Assembly: GCA_039831155.1 (NCBI GenBank)
Contig: JBDONT010000002.1
Location: 1-51,492 of the forward strand
DNA: 51,492 nucleotides
Direction of reading: 5' to 3'
Source of the DNA: Nautiliaceae bacterium
GTDB taxonomy: Bacteria; Campylobacterota; Campylobacteria; Campylobacterales; Nautiliaceae
Shown: positions 1 to 12,502 of the stretch, one piece after another
How positions within the stretch are numbered: position 1 is the stretch's first letter
Layout: each line of letters opens with the position of its first letter
Notes under the pieces: generated by a model
The model's input: the letters and a program-made list of their open reading frames with translations, nothing else
Told to the model about the DNA's origin: nothing
Databases searched by the model: none
Made by a program: the position numbers and the translations under genes

Positions 1-68
1 AATGCCACTGCTAACGGTAACCCTACATATCCTAACCCTATTATCGCTATTCTCTTATTTAAATCCAT
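1..68 (-). CDS. Nucleotide-sugar dehydrogenase, WbpO/TviB/WecC family (5' end only, runs off the window)
   Basis: Manual translation from the ATG at 68 gives MDLNKRIAIIGLGYVGLPLAVA, a Rossmann GxGxxG start typical of UDP-HexNAc 6-dehydrogenases; AAGGA RBS upstream. Confidence 0.85.
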   Translation of the reverse strand, partial: MDLNKRIAIIGLGYVGLPLAVA

Positions 69-91
69 AATATCTTCCTTTTTACAAAGCA

Positions 92-328
92 TTACTTCAC
101 TTCAATCTCACCTTTAATTTTTTCAAAAAGCTTTTTACCCATACCTTTAACTTTCATAATATCTTCTATTTTTTTAAAAGGATGATTTTTTCTATATTCT
201 ACAACAGCCAAAGCCTTTTTATGTCCTATTCCTTTTAAAGACTCCAAAGCTTTCACATCTGCACTATTTAAGTTCACTTTAGCAAACAAACCCATTACAA
301 AAAGACTCATTATTAATAAAATTCTCAT
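92..328 (-). CDS. comEA: ComEA-family helix-hairpin-helix DNA-binding protein
   Basis: Signal peptide, then VNLNSA..L..LKGIG.KKA..VVEYR...F..IEDI.KVKGMG, a double HhH motif. Confidence 0.9.
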   Translation of the reverse strand: MRILLIMSLFVMGLFAKVNLNSADVKALESLKGIGHKKALAVVEYRKNHPFKKIEDIMKVKGMGKKLFEKIKGEIEVK

Positions 329-347
329 TTTATCTCCTTTTTTTAAA

Positions 348-356
348 ATTTTAGCA
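348..356 (-). promoter_or_regulatory. Extended -10 promoter (TGCTAAAAT) upstream of comEA
   Basis: TGnTAAAAT about 20 nt upstream of the start, followed by an AAGGAG RBS. Confidence 0.55.
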
Positions 357-380
357 TATTTATATTTAAGCGTAAATAAA

Positions 381-1550
381 TCAATCTTTACTATAAATAT
401 CTCTGGTATAAACTTTTTCTTTTACTTCTTTTAATTTATCATCAATCCTATTTGCAAGAATCACATCCGATTTTTGCTTAAATTCATCGAAATCTTTTAT
501 AAATTCAACCCCCTCAACCTCATCTCCTTTAGCCATCGGTTCATAAACTACAAGTTTCACAAAAGGTCTAAGCATCTCCATTACGTCAAATATAGCAGAG
601 CTTCTGAAATTATCGCTTCCGGCTTTCATAGTAAGTCTATAAATCCCCACAACTTTAGGATTTTTTTCCAATACTCTTTTTGCTATAAACTCTTTTCTTG
701 TAGTATTACTATCCACAATCGCTTCTATTAACTTTTGAGGTATATTTTCTCTTGTGTAATTTGCAAGCAACTGTTTCGTATCTTTTGGTAAACAATACCC
801 TCCGTATCCGAAGCTAGGATTATTGTAATAATTACCAATCCTTGGGTCAAGACAAAGACCTTCTATTATCTCTTTGGTATTAAGTCCTTTCATTTCAGCA
901 AACGTATCAAGCTCGTTGAAAAAATCCACTCTCATTGCAAGATAAGTATTAGCAAAAAGCTTAATAGCTTCAGCCTCCGTATTATTGGTAAACAAAATAG
1001 GAATAGTCTCTTTAAAAGCCCCGTCTCTTAATAAATTAGCAAATATTTCAGCTTTTGTCGTTTTATCCCCTATAATAATACGGCTAGGATAAAGACTGTC
1101 AAAAAGAGCTTTTCCCTCTCTTAAAAACTCCGGTACGAAAAACATATTAGGATAATCAAATTCTTTTTTTACCCTTTCGGTATATCCTATGGGAATAGTT
1201 GAACGAATTACAATAGTAGCATTAGGATTAATCTCTTTCACATCCCTTATAACACTTTCTATCGAAGTGGTATTAAAATAATTCGTAATAGGGTCATAGT
1301 CTGTCGGCGTTGCAATTACTACATATTCTGCGTCTTTATAAGCCTCTTCTTTATCGAGTGTAGCCCTTAAATTAAGTTTTTTTTCCTGAAAAAATTTCGT
1401 AATCTCTTCATCTTCTATAGGAGAAATCCTTTTATTTATAAGTTCAACTTTTTTTGAATCGATATCAAACGCTACAACCTTATTATTTTGAGCTAAAAGT
1501 ACGGCATTACTAAGCCCTACATACCCAGTCCCTGCTATTGCTATTTTCAC
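381..1550 (-). CDS. ugd: UDP-glucose 6-dehydrogenase
   Basis: [23 protein letters not shown], catalytic [10 protein letters not shown]. Confidence 0.95.
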   Translation of the reverse strand: MKIAIAGTGYVGLSNAVLLAQNNKVVAFDIDSKKVELINKRISPIEDEEITKFFQEKKLNLRATLDKEEAYKDAEYVVIATPTDYDPITNYFNTTSIESVIRDVKEINPNATIVIRSTIPIGYTERVKKEFDYPNMFFVPEFLREGKALFDSLYPSRIIIGDKTTKAEIFANLLRDGAFKETIPILFTNNTEAEAIKLFANTYLAMRVDFFNELDTFAEMKGLNTKEIIEGLCLDPRIGNYYNNPSFGYGGYCLPKDTKQLLANYTRENIPQKLIEAIVDSNTTRKEFIAKRVLEKNPKVVGIYRLTMKAGSDNFRSSAIFDVMEMLRPFVKLVVYEPMAKGDEVEGVEFIKDFDEFKQKSDVILANRIDDKLKEVKEKVYTRDIYSKD

Positions 1551-1552
1551 AT

Positions 1553-1951
1553 TTACCCTTTTATATCTTTTATCATTATTAAAATATCTCTTTTTTTATC
1601 TTTAAACAAAATATAACCTTTTCTTTCCTTACAAAAAAAACCTCTAACACACTCTTTATTTAAAATTTTATCAAAAAAATCGCTCGGATAATTTTTTCCT
1701 AAATATTTCTTAATAAACCCTTCTTTATCCATACATATGTTATTTATACAAATTACGGAATTTTTAAGCGTAATTTCAATAGGCACACTCCCGGCTTTAT
1801 AAATAATCAACTTCTTAAATCCAAACCCCTCTTTTAAAAACCCTTCATCAGCCACTTTTACTTTAGAAGTTTTTATAACTGCATAAACAGGAGTCGTCTT
1901 TACACTGCATCCCGTAAAAAAAAGTACCATTACAAAAAACCAAAACCTCAT
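1553..1951 (-). CDS. Hypothetical lipoprotein
   Basis: Hydrophobic N-terminus with FTGC lipobox. Confidence 0.7.
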   Translation of the reverse strand: MRFWFFVMVLFFTGCSVKTTPVYAVIKTSKVKVADEGFLKEGFGFKKLIIYKAGSVPIEITLKNSVICINNICMDKEGFIKKYLGKNYPSDFFDKILNKECVRGFFCKERKGYILFKDKKRDILIMIKDIKG

Positions 1952-2392
1952 TTATCTTATCCTTTTTATTCTAGAAAAAGAGATTTTATAAATAAAAGAG
2001 GCTTTTTTTTCCTTAAACCCTCTCTTATCTTCCACTATAATATCGGCGACGCTTCTAGCCCATTTTTCATCAAATTTTTCTCCGTGCATATTTGCAGAAG
2101 TGGAATACATCCAGCTAAACTTTTTTAAAAACCTAAGATGGGATTTATCCTTTACCACTCTAAAACTCTCTTTATTAGGAAATATAAACGTAGTTTTTTT
2201 AGCTCTTCTTATCTTCTTTCTAAACTTTTTAGGGACTCTTACAAACCTTTTCAAACTCTCTAAACTATCAACCTCTCTTAAGATAGGTTTATTTATATTT
2301 CTCTTTTTTATTTCGTTTAACTTTTTCTCGTCTTGAGACAAAAACCCAACAGTCGTATCGGTCTGAACCAAATAAATATTTTTAGGATTCAT
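1952..2392 (-). CDS. Short Sua5/YrdC (TsaC)-family threonylcarbamoyl-AMP synthase
   Basis: QTDTTVGF, KxR...KP and STSAN motifs. Confidence 0.8.
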   Translation of the reverse strand: MNPKNIYLVQTDTTVGFLSQDEKKLNEIKKRNINKPILREVDSLESLKRFVRVPKKFRKKIRRAKKTTFIFPNKESFRVVKDKSHLRFLKKFSWMYSTSANMHGEKFDEKWARSVADIIVEDKRGFKEKKASFIYKISFSRIKRIR

Positions 2393-2801
2393 TACTTTTC
2401 CTTAATAAAATAGCAAGTTCGTCCATTTCTCTTAGTTCTTTTAATTTTAATCTTTTTAACTCTTTTTTTATCTCTTCAGATTGTAAATATTTCATTTTTT
2501 CATATTCAATATTCGCTTTTTTAAGCTCTTCTAAAAACTCTCTTTTTCTGTTTTCTAAAATAACAACCTGATTTTCCAATCTTTTTATTTCATCTCTCAA
2601 AATAGACTGCTGATGTTTTATCTGATTAAGAATAGCGAAGTTTCCTTCTTTAGGAATTTCTAAAGATAAAAAAGAGGAGTTTAAGGAATCTATCTCCTCT
2701 TTTAGCCTTTGAATGGAAGCGTTTATCTTTTGAATGTTTCTTTGAATATTATCTATCGCCTGTTTTTTAACTTTTACGATACTGTCAAACTTTGTTTTCA
2801 T
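2382..2801 (-). CDS. fliJ: Flagellar export protein FliJ
   Basis: 139-aa coiled coil with the epsilonproteobacterial FliJ pattern (MKTKFD.IVKVKKQ...ANIEYEKMKYL...MDELA). Confidence 0.8.
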   Translation of the reverse strand: MKTKFDSIVKVKKQAIDNIQRNIQKINASIQRLKEEIDSLNSSFLSLEIPKEGNFAILNQIKHQQSILRDEIKRLENQVVILENRKREFLEELKKANIEYEKMKYLQSEEIKKELKRLKLKELREMDELAILLRKSNES

Positions 2802-2806
2802 TAATT

Positions 2807-4852
<2,046 letters not shown>

Positions 4853-4856
<4 letters not shown>

Positions 4857-4942
4857 TTTTCTTCTTTTATACTGATATCAACAGATTTATACATAAACCA
4901 CATAAGTGCCAACAACAAAACGGTCCCTATAATATAATTCAT
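4853..4942 (-). CDS. 29-aa single-TM peptide MNYIIGTVLLLALMWFMYKSVDISIKEEK (not in the ORF track)
   Basis: Fills the gap exactly: ATGA overlap with the upstream 80-aa ORF stop (4939-4942) and ATGA overlap with the hisZ start (4853-4856). Confidence 0.7.
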
Positions 4943-5181
4943 TTTTCAATCCTTTCAAAAAGGTTCCTGATTTCTTCATGTTTTTTATTTTTGATATTTA
5001 CCATAATCAACAAACTTACAAAACCAAGTCCTATCAAAACATAATCGCTTAAATTGCTTTTATTATGGAATACCCTGTAAATTAACGTCATTTCACCACT
5101 CATAACAGCAAACATTATTACAAATACGTTTCTTAAACTGTCTCTTAATAAATCAATCTCTATTTTTATTTTTTCGCTCAA
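4939..5181 (-). CDS. Small two-TM hypothetical membrane protein (paralog of 25503..25736)
   Basis: Charged N-terminal helix, two hydrophobic segments, charged C-tail; TTG start 4 nt after the upstream stop. Confidence 0.75.
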   Translation of the reverse strand: MSEKIKIEIDLLRDSLRNVFVIMFAVMSGEMTLIYRVFHNKSNLSDYVLIGLGFVSLLIMVNIKNKKHEEIRNLFERIEK

Positions 5182-5185
5182 ACGG

Positions 5186-6286
5186 TTACTTTAATTTTTC
5201 ATTAGAATAAATTTTAACAGCCGTTGCGTCATATTTTCTTATTCCAAGTTCATCAAGAGCAAGTTCTAAGCTATTTAAAATATAAGCCATTTTATTATCT
5301 TCAATAATTCCCATATTATTAATTCTAAACAGTTTCCCTTTCATATGGTCTTGTCCACCGGCTACATTTATTTCATATTTTGTTTTTAGGATTTTTCTAA
5401 TCTCTTCAGCTCTTTCACTATAAACCGCCGCCATTGAAAGTGCCGGATTTTGAGGGAAAATATTAAGCCCTATCGCTTCTATACTAGCAAGTATAGCTTT
5501 GTGTCTATTGATTGTATTTTCGTAATGTTTATCAAGTCCGATTTCCTCAAGTTTTTTAAGTACTTCGTTAAGTGCTATAATAAGCCCCGTTGCCGGAGTA
5601 AACGCCGTAGTACCTTCTCTTTGTTTTTTTATTTCATTTGCAAGGTTAAAATAAAACCCTCTTCCGTTTCCTATTCTTTTTAAAGCCAACTCACTAACAC
5701 CTAGCATACTAAGCCCGGGAGGCAACATAAACGCTTTTTGACTTCCACCTACAACAACGTCAATATTACTTGTATCTATATCTTCAACCCCAAGTGCCGT
5801 AATTCCGTCTGCCACAACCACAATATCGGGATTTATCAACTTAACTTCGGCCGCAATCTCTTCTACCGGATGTCTAAGCCCACCGGCACTTTCGCTAATT
5901 TGAATAAAAATAGTGTCAATTGAATCATCTTCCTTAAGAGCACTCACAACATCATCAACACTAGCCGGGGTATCCCATTCATATTTTAGTTCTTTAAACT
6001 CAATCCCGTAAGCCTTAGCGATTTTTCCCCATCTCTCACCGAATTTTCCGGCATTAATCGTTAAAGCTTTACTTTTAACCGTATTAATTAAAGCAGCTTC
6101 CATAGCTCCCGTTCCTGAAGAGCTTAAAAACACGTTATAAGGAAGCTTTGTAATATTTTTAAACCTATTTAAAGTATCGATTAAAATCTCTTTAAATTCA
6201 GGCGTTCTGTGATGAATAGTGTCTTTTAAATACGTCTCTCTTACAAAATAAGGAATTTCAACAGGTCCTGGAGTTGCCAAAATCAT
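5186..6286 (-). CDS. Class V PLP aminotransferase (serine-pyruvate/alanine-glyoxylate family)
   Basis: TPGP, SSGTGAMEA, GSQKAFMLPPGL (PLP lysine), AGGQ. Confidence 0.92.
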   Translation of the reverse strand: MILATPGPVEIPYFVRETYLKDTIHHRTPEFKEILIDTLNRFKNITKLPYNVFLSSSGTGAMEAALINTVKSKALTINAGKFGERWGKIAKAYGIEFKELKYEWDTPASVDDVVSALKEDDSIDTIFIQISESAGGLRHPVEEIAAEVKLINPDIVVVADGITALGVEDIDTSNIDVVVGGSQKAFMLPPGLSMLGVSELALKRIGNGRGFYFNLANEIKKQREGTTAFTPATGLIIALNEVLKKLEEIGLDKHYENTINRHKAILASIEAIGLNIFPQNPALSMAAVYSERAEEIRKILKTKYEINVAGGQDHMKGKLFRINNMGIIEDNKMAYILNSLELALDELGIRKYDATAVKIYSNEKLK

Positions 6287-8136
6287 TTTCCAATCCTTTC
6301 AATTATGGAATCAACATCAAACCCAAAATGTTTATAAACTTCTCCACCTTTTCCACTAGCCCCGAAACTATCCATTCCTATCACAACATCGGCATATTTA
6401 TACCACTCAAATCCTCTGTTTGCTTCAATAGCTACAACTTTACCTTTAAACAAAGAGTTTTTAAACTCTTCACTTTGTTCTTCCAATAAATCAAAACAAG
6501 GCACACTGACAACTCTTGCATCCAATTTTTCAGCAACCTCCATCGCCAAATTAACTTCGCTTCCACTTGCTACAAGAGTTATATCTTTTCCTTCTCTTAA
6601 AACATAAGCACCTTTAGATAAATCGACATCTTTTGGAGTTATGTTCTTAAGTCCTTGTCTACTTAAAGCAAATACAACCGGAGCATCGATATCTAAAGCC
6701 GCCTTCCATGCATTTACGTTTTCGTTTGCGTCTGCAGGTCTGAATACATAAAGATTAGGAATAATTCTTAAAGATGTAATATGTTCTACCGGTTGATGAG
6801 TCGGACCGTCTTCTCCTACTACTATACTATCGTGTGTAAAAATCCAATAATTTTTATGAGAACTAAGTGCCGCTATTCTAAGGGCACCTCTAAGATAATC
6901 GCTAAATACAAGAAAAGTCGCCGCATAAGGTAAAAATCCATACGCACTAAAAGCATTGTTAATAGCAGCCATTGCGTGTTCTCTAACACCATAACGAATA
7001 TTTCTTCCACAAGGGAAGTCGTGTTCTTCTTTCAAAAGAGTATTATTAGAAGGTCCTAAATCCGCACTTCCTCCAAGAAAACCAGGAATCACTTTTGCAA
7101 TTGCGTTTAAAATTTCCCCGTTACTTTTTCTAGTAGCAATACTTACACCTTCTTCAAATTCCGGCCATTTAATTTTAGAAAAGTCTCTCTCAAAAAAAGC
7201 TTTTATTTCATTTACGTTAGCGTTTTTGTTAAATTCAGCTTCAAGTAATTCGCCTCTTTCTCTTACACATCTGAATCTAATCAATACGTCCTCATCTACA
7301 TTAAAAGTCTTCGTAGGATTAAATCCTACAACCTCTTTTGATTTTTCAATTACATCTTCTCCTAAAGGAGCCCCGTGAGTTTTTTCACTTCCTTCAAGTC
7401 CTACGGCACCTCTTGCTATAACTGTCTTAGCTATAACCAAAGTAGGTCTTCCGTCGCTGTTTTTTGCTTCTCTTAGAGTTTTTTCAATCTCTTCATAATT
7501 GTGACCGTCCATTTCTAAAACTCTAAAACCTTGAGACTCGAATCTTTTTTTCACATCTTCTTCAAAAGCGATACTAACATCACCTTCAATCGAAATATTA
7601 TTGCTATCATAAATAATAATCAAATCTTCAAGTTTATGTTTTCCGGCTAAACTACAAGCCTCATAGCTAATCCCTTCTTCCAAATCCCCGTCTCCACAAA
7701 AACACCAAACTTTATGGTTAATTTCCGGAAATTTTTTCGATAAAAACTTTTTAGCCATTGCAAAACCTACGGCATTTGCAACACCTTGACCAAGAGGTCC
7801 CGTTGTTACTTCAATACCTGGAGTATGCCCGTACTCCGGATGTCCTGGAGTCTTACTTCTTAATTGACGAAAATTTTTCAAATCGTCCAAACTAATATCA
7901 TATCCCCATAAATAAAGCATAGAATAAATAAGAGGTGTAGCATGACCTCCGGAAAACACGACTCTGTCTCTATTTATAAAGTCCGGATTATGAGGCGTAA
8001 TATTAACTATTTCACTAAATACGGTTAAAATATCAGCAAGTCCAAGAGCGGCCCCCGGGTGTCCGGAATTTGCTTTTTGTACCATATCGGCAGCCAAAAA
8101 CCTTATAGTGTCCGCCATTTTTTTTCTAAGTTCCAT
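6283..8136 (-). CDS. tkt: Transketolase
   Basis: SGHPG, TPGHPE, GDG..EG ThDP motif, GEDGPTHQPVE. Confidence 0.97.
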   Translation of the reverse strand: MELRKKMADTIRFLAADMVQKANSGHPGAALGLADILTVFSEIVNITPHNPDFINRDRVVFSGGHATPLIYSMLYLWGYDISLDDLKNFRQLRSKTPGHPEYGHTPGIEVTTGPLGQGVANAVGFAMAKKFLSKKFPEINHKVWCFCGDGDLEEGISYEACSLAGKHKLEDLIIIYDSNNISIEGDVSIAFEEDVKKRFESQGFRVLEMDGHNYEEIEKTLREAKNSDGRPTLVIAKTVIARGAVGLEGSEKTHGAPLGEDVIEKSKEVVGFNPTKTFNVDEDVLIRFRCVRERGELLEAEFNKNANVNEIKAFFERDFSKIKWPEFEEGVSIATRKSNGEILNAIAKVIPGFLGGSADLGPSNNTLLKEEHDFPCGRNIRYGVREHAMAAINNAFSAYGFLPYAATFLVFSDYLRGALRIAALSSHKNYWIFTHDSIVVGEDGPTHQPVEHITSLRIIPNLYVFRPADANENVNAWKAALDIDAPVVFALSRQGLKNITPKDVDLSKGAYVLREGKDITLVASGSEVNLAMEVAEKLDARVVSVPCFDLLEEQSEEFKNSLFKGKVVAIEANRGFEWYKYADVVIGMDSFGASGKGGEVYKHFGFDVDSIIERIGK

Positions 8137-8156
8137 TATCTTATCTCCTTTTTTTA

Positions 8157-9002
8157 TTAAAAATTTTTATGTCTAAAAAGATACTTACTCAATATAGACT
8201 TAAGCTCTTTTTGTAAATTTTCTTCAAATCCGTTTATCTCATCTTCTAATTTAAAAGCCAACTCATCAGCCTCTTTCACTGCACTCTCTAGCCCCAACAA
8301 CATTACAAAAGTATTTTTATTTTCATCAACCCCCGTTGTTTTCCCTGCTTCTTGAGAAGTTAACGTCACATCCAAAATATCATCTTGAATCTGAAAAAGC
8401 ACTCCTAAATTAAGGCCGAAATTATATAATCTTTTTTGCGTTTTAATATCTAAATCAACAATAATAGCCCCCATTTTAAGACCGGCTGCTATTAGTTTTG
8501 CAGTTTTATTTAAGTGTAAAAATTTAAGTTCGTCTATATTTAATTTTTTGTTTTCAAAATAACAATCAATAGCCTGTCCTAAAACCATTCCGTTAGCACC
8601 GGCGTTTTCGCTTAACGTTTTTATCAAATCAACCTTAACGTCACTGGCAAAAGGAGCCTTTGAGAGTACTTCAAAAGCGTAGGTATTTAAAGCATCACCA
8701 ACCAATAAAGCCGTCACCTCGTCATAAGTTACGTGAAGTGTAGGATGACCTCTTCTTAAAGTTGCGTTATCCATTATAGGCAAATCGTCGTGAATTAAAG
8801 AATAAGTATGAATAAGTTCTATTGCAAAAGCCGCGTATTTTGCGTTTTCTACTAATAACGGCTCATAAGCTTTTACCACCGATAACAAAAGCTTAGGTCT
8901 AAATCTCTTACCACCGGCTAAAAGCATTTCGTTTAAAGCTTTTTCATAAAAAGGATGAAAGCTTTTAGCTTTAATTAAGTTATTTTTAATAAACTCTTCC
9001 AT
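8157..9002 (-). CDS. ispA: Geranyltranstransferase / polyprenyl diphosphate synthase
   Basis: GGKRFRP, HDDLP..D...RRG, FQIQDDILD. Confidence 0.93.
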   Translation of the reverse strand: MEEFIKNNLIKAKSFHPFYEKALNEMLLAGGKRFRPKLLLSVVKAYEPLLVENAKYAAFAIELIHTYSLIHDDLPIMDNATLRRGHPTLHVTYDEVTALLVGDALNTYAFEVLSKAPFASDVKVDLIKTLSENAGANGMVLGQAIDCYFENKKLNIDELKFLHLNKTAKLIAAGLKMGAIIVDLDIKTQKRLYNFGLNLGVLFQIQDDILDVTLTSQEAGKTTGVDENKNTFVMLLGLESAVKEADELAFKLEDEINGFEENLQKELKSILSKYLFRHKNF

Positions 9003-9005
9003 TCT

Positions 9006-9896
9006 TTACCTTAAAGGAATTTTTAAAATGACACCCATTGTTTTAATTGTAATTGTAACATTTTTATAAGTGGATAATAATCTTTTTACATCCTCAAAAG
9101 AGCTAATTTGATGATTATTAATCGCTATAAGTTTAACTTTATCCCCTAAAAAATACTTTTCTTTTAAGGATTTAGAGAAATATGCGTTTAAGTTTTTATC
9201 CACTTTAATACCGAAATACTCCAAAGGCGTAAATAAATATACCTTTTTTCTTATCAAGACATAAAAAGTTTTAGAAGTGGTGATTTTTAACTTTTTTCCA
9301 TTTACTCCTAATAAAACTTCTTTTTCAAAAAGTTTATAATCGGCTTTTTTACCATTAATATACTTAATCTTTTCACCTACTCTCAAACCTTTTACGTAAA
9401 AAGGGTCAAAACTTATAATATTCATATCTTTATCCACATCTATTCCCACATCTCCCCAATATCCGTACTTTACAAAATGAGCTACAAAAGACCCTTTTAT
9501 AAACCCATCACCCCTTCCAATCCCTACCGCTCTGCAAAAAATATCCGAAATTACACTGTTTTTAAGGCTTTTTACACTAAATCTTGCCGGATTAAAAAAA
9601 ACTTCATCTTTAGCAAAGTTTCCCACATATATCTCATCTTTCTTAATAGAAGCTATCCACCATCCAAGTTTCAAAGCTTTGGAAAACTTTACGACTTTTT
9701 TATTATTAGAATTAAAAACACACATCCCGGTAAATTTATCATAATAAAGACAATCTCTTTTATCAAAAGCAACACTTAAATTTTTAGTAATGGGAATTGA
9801 TGAACTTATAAAGGAGTATTTTTCCAAACAAGGTCTGAAATTAGGAAAAGCTACGGCAAATAAAAAAAGAGGGAAAAAAAGAATCAACCTTTTCAT
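9006..9896 (-). CDS. Exported hypothetical protein with PDZ-like C-terminal region
   Basis: Signal peptide; GDVGI...LRVGEKI..ING pattern; lies between ybaB and ispA. Confidence 0.6.
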   Translation of the reverse strand: MKRLILFFPLFLFAVAFPNFRPCLEKYSFISSSIPITKNLSVAFDKRDCLYYDKFTGMCVFNSNNKKVVKFSKALKLGWWIASIKKDEIYVGNFAKDEVFFNPARFSVKSLKNSVISDIFCRAVGIGRGDGFIKGSFVAHFVKYGYWGDVGIDVDKDMNIISFDPFYVKGLRVGEKIKYINGKKADYKLFEKEVLLGVNGKKLKITTSKTFYVLIRKKVYLFTPLEYFGIKVDKNLNAYFSKSLKEKYFLGDKVKLIAINNHQISSFEDVKRLLSTYKNVTITIKTMGVILKIPLR

Positions 9897-10180
9897 TGCC
9901 CAAAATTCATACCACCGAACATATTAAGTGCTTGAGCCTTTTTATCTTCCACCGCCATTTTAATAGCATCATTTATAGCACTCATAAGCAAAATTTGTAA
10001 AGACTCTTTATCTTCAAGCAAAGAATCGTCAATTTTTATATCTATAACTTCAAATTTACCATTAACTGTTGATTCTACAAGTCCCCCTCCACTTTTGGCA
10101 GTATAAGTTTTATTATCTGCTTCTTGCATACTCTCTTGAATTTTTTGCAACATTTCATTTAAATCTACATTTCCAAACAT
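9893..10180 (-). CDS. YbaB/EbfC nucleoid-associated protein
   Basis: SGGGLV...NG...IDDSLL.D...LQ.LL.SAINDA. Confidence 0.93.
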   Translation of the reverse strand: MFGNVDLNEMLQKIQESMQEADNKTYTAKSGGGLVESTVNGKFEVIDIKIDDSLLEDKESLQILLMSAINDAIKMAVEDKKAQALNMFGGMNFGQ

Positions 10181-10554
10181 TACTCCTCCTGCAAATAAGT
10201 AGTTTTTTCTATTATATTATTCTCATCATCTACAATAATAACTGCAGGTTTAAACTCCTCAGCTTCTTGCAAACTCATAGAAGCATAGGCAATTATTATT
10301 ATTTTATCTCCCGGATGTACTTTTCTAGCCGCCGCCCCGTTTAGGCAAATATCTCTTTTTCCTCTCTCACCCTTAATTACATACGTAGAAAATCTCTCAC
10401 CGTTATTGATATTTACTATATCAACTTTTTGACCTACGAATAAATTAGCAGATTCCATTAACTCTTCATCAATAGTAATAGAACCTACATAATTAAGATT
10501 TGCATCCGTAACAGTCGCCCTATGAATTTTAGAATAAAGCATTTCTATTGTCAT
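10180..10554 (-). CDS. panD: Aspartate 1-decarboxylase
   Basis: [19 protein letters not shown] (Gly-Ser self-cleavage site), NGAAAR. Confidence 0.97.
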   Translation of the reverse strand: MTIEMLYSKIHRATVTDANLNYVGSITIDEELMESANLFVGQKVDIVNINNGERFSTYVIKGERGKRDICLNGAAARKVHPGDKIIIIAYASMSLQEAEEFKPAVIIVDDENNIIEKTTYLQEE

Positions 10555-10564
10555 TTTTTATTCC

Positions 10565-10900
10565 TTAAGCCCAAAATTCCTCCGGAATTAAATACTCTTT
10601 TATAGGGTTTCCTTCAATTATATGTTCTTTTAAAATTCTCTCAATCTTTTCTTTAGTCAAATCCACATACATATAACTTCCGGGTTCTACTATCATTACC
10701 GGACCAAAACTACATCTGTTAAGACATCCAGTAGGTACTATCCAGTTTGTCATAGGGTCAATTCCAAGTTCCATCATCTTTTGTTGAGTAAAAGGAAAAA
10801 GATCCTCACTACCTTCTCTTACACAACTAGGTTTTGGAAAATTCGGCGGTCTTCTTTGCTGACACATATAAATAATATTTTTTGGTTTTGGCATTTGCAT
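10565..10900 (-). CDS. Thioredoxin-like [2Fe-2S] ferredoxin
   Basis: C-x12-C ... TGCLNRC..GP...VEP...Y pattern; the ATG at 10900 follows AGGAG. Confidence 0.88.
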   Translation of the reverse strand: MQMPKPKNIIYMCQQRRPPNFPKPSCVREGSEDLFPFTQQKMMELGIDPMTNWIVPTGCLNRCSFGPVMIVEPGSYMYVDLTKEKIERILKEHIIEGNPIKEYLIPEEFWA

Positions 10901-10946
10901 ATACACTCCTTTTTTTTAATTTACTTATATCATATTTTTTTTTATT

Positions 10947-12140
10947 TTACAACTTTAAAAGAGATTTAATCGTCTCTTTATCAGAATATTGCACTCTTTT
11001 ATTGCAATATTCTATATAAGTTTCATCTCCTTTACCAAGCACCAAAACAATATCATCATTACCGGCAAGTTCGATCGCTTTTTTTATGGCCTCTTTTCTG
11101 TTAAGAATTATTTCATAAGTTTTTTTTACACCTTTTGCTATATCTTTACATATCTCATATCCGTTTTCACATCTTGGATTATCTTCCGTTAAAATTATAT
11201 AATCTGCGTACTTAGAAGCAATCTCTCCCATTAAAGGACGTTTTTTATTATCTCTATTCCCTCCGGCACCAAATACGACTATTTTTTTACCCTCCAAACT
11301 GCTTAACACTTTCTCCATTCCATCCGGAGTATGAGCAAAGTCAACAACAATCAAAGGATTTTTGCTTAAAACCTCCATTCGACCCCCAACACCTTTAAAC
11401 CCTTTTAAAATCTTTTTTAACTCTTCTAAATCTCTACCAGTTAAAAGTTCTGCACATTTCAAAGCTAAAGAAAAATTAAACTTATTAAATTCCCCAGCCA
11501 TCGAAATTTCTTCTATTAACGGCTTTTCTATTAAATAAAGGTTTTTTTCATTCATTTTAAACAAATACCCATCCACCTCTATAAAAAAACCCTTTTTTTT
11601 ACCTTTTACAACTTTTAAACTCTCATCCTGAAAAAAAGACTCTTTAGTCTTTTTATACTCATCCATACTTTTATGAAAATCCAAATGGTCTTGAGAAAAA
11701 GAAGTTAAAATTTTTGCACTGAATTCTATAGATTCTATTCTATTTTGAACAATAGCGTGAGATGAGACTTCCATTATAAAAAAATCACTCTCATATTTAG
11801 CCACTCTTTTTAAAGTATCTAAAATAGGAGGAGTAGTGAGAGTCTTTTTTTCAACTTTTTCTAAATTATAAAAAAAACCTTCAGTCCCTTGAATAGCGAC
11901 ATTAAAACCTAAACTTTTAAGTAAAAATCCCAAAACAAAAGCAGTTGTGGTTTTACCGTTTGTACCTGTAATTCCTATAAATTTAGGTGTTTTTATTTGA
12001 TTTAAAATTTCAAAAGGAGTAATATAATTTTTAATAGAAGCAGCGTATTTGCTGTTTTGAGAGGTTTTTAAAAATACTTTATCTTTTTCTTGAGTGTTAT
12101 CGGTAATTAAATCATTAACTAAAAGTTCTTTATAATTCAT
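10947..12140 (-). CDS. murE: UDP-MurNAc-dipeptide-DAP ligase
   Basis: GITGTNGKTT, MEVSSH, DFAHTPDG, DNPR (DAP specificity). Confidence 0.93.
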   Translation of the reverse strand: MNYKELLVNDLITDNTQEKDKVFLKTSQNSKYAASIKNYITPFEILNQIKTPKFIGITGTNGKTTTAFVLGFLLKSLGFNVAIQGTEGFFYNLEKVEKKTLTTPPILDTLKRVAKYESDFFIMEVSSHAIVQNRIESIEFSAKILTSFSQDHLDFHKSMDEYKKTKESFFQDESLKVVKGKKKGFFIEVDGYLFKMNEKNLYLIEKPLIEEISMAGEFNKFNFSLALKCAELLTGRDLEELKKILKGFKGVGGRMEVLSKNPLIVVDFAHTPDGMEKVLSSLEGKKIVVFGAGGNRDNKKRPLMGEIASKYADYIILTEDNPRCENGYEICKDIAKGVKKTYEIILNRKEAIKKAIELAGNDDIVLVLGKGDETYIEYCNKRVQYSDKETIKSLLKL

Positions 12141-12502
12141 TTCAAAAGAGAATTAAACCCGTTTATAAGCTCATAATCGTTATAACTTGATAAAAGTTCT
12201 TCAAAATAACTAATAGCACTTTCTTTATATCCGTAGTTTAAAAGCATTTCAAAAAATTCAAGAAGTTCGTCTTTATTTTCAAAAACCACTTTTGTAGATA
12301 AAAGTACATTTTCCAAATTTTCTTTTGTTTTAACGATATCTTTTACGTCTTTAAACAAAATACCGTTTATTTCATCACTATTAAAAGAAGGAGAAGCTTG
12401 TGTTAATCTTTTAATAAGCTCCATAGCCTTTTCGTACTCCTTCTTTTCAATAGCTTCTTTTAAAAGTTCTTTTAAATTAAAATGAGTATTTAACAAGCTC
12501 AT
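12137..12502 (-). CDS. Hypothetical helical protein
   Basis: Open frame overlapping both nifU-like and murE; start uncertain (ATG 12502 preferred). Confidence 0.65.
   Translation of the reverse strand: MSLLNTHFNLKELLKEAIEKKEYEKAMELIKRLTQASPSFNSDEINGILFKDVKDIVKTKENLENVLLSTKVVFENKDELLEFFEMLLNYGYKESAISYFEELLSSYNDYELINGFNSLLK

Noticed and set aside
10947-12140. Short MurE considered as a truncated pseudogene
   Set aside because: All catalytic motifs are intact and the start overlaps the upstream stop; a reduced N-terminal domain is the simpler explanation
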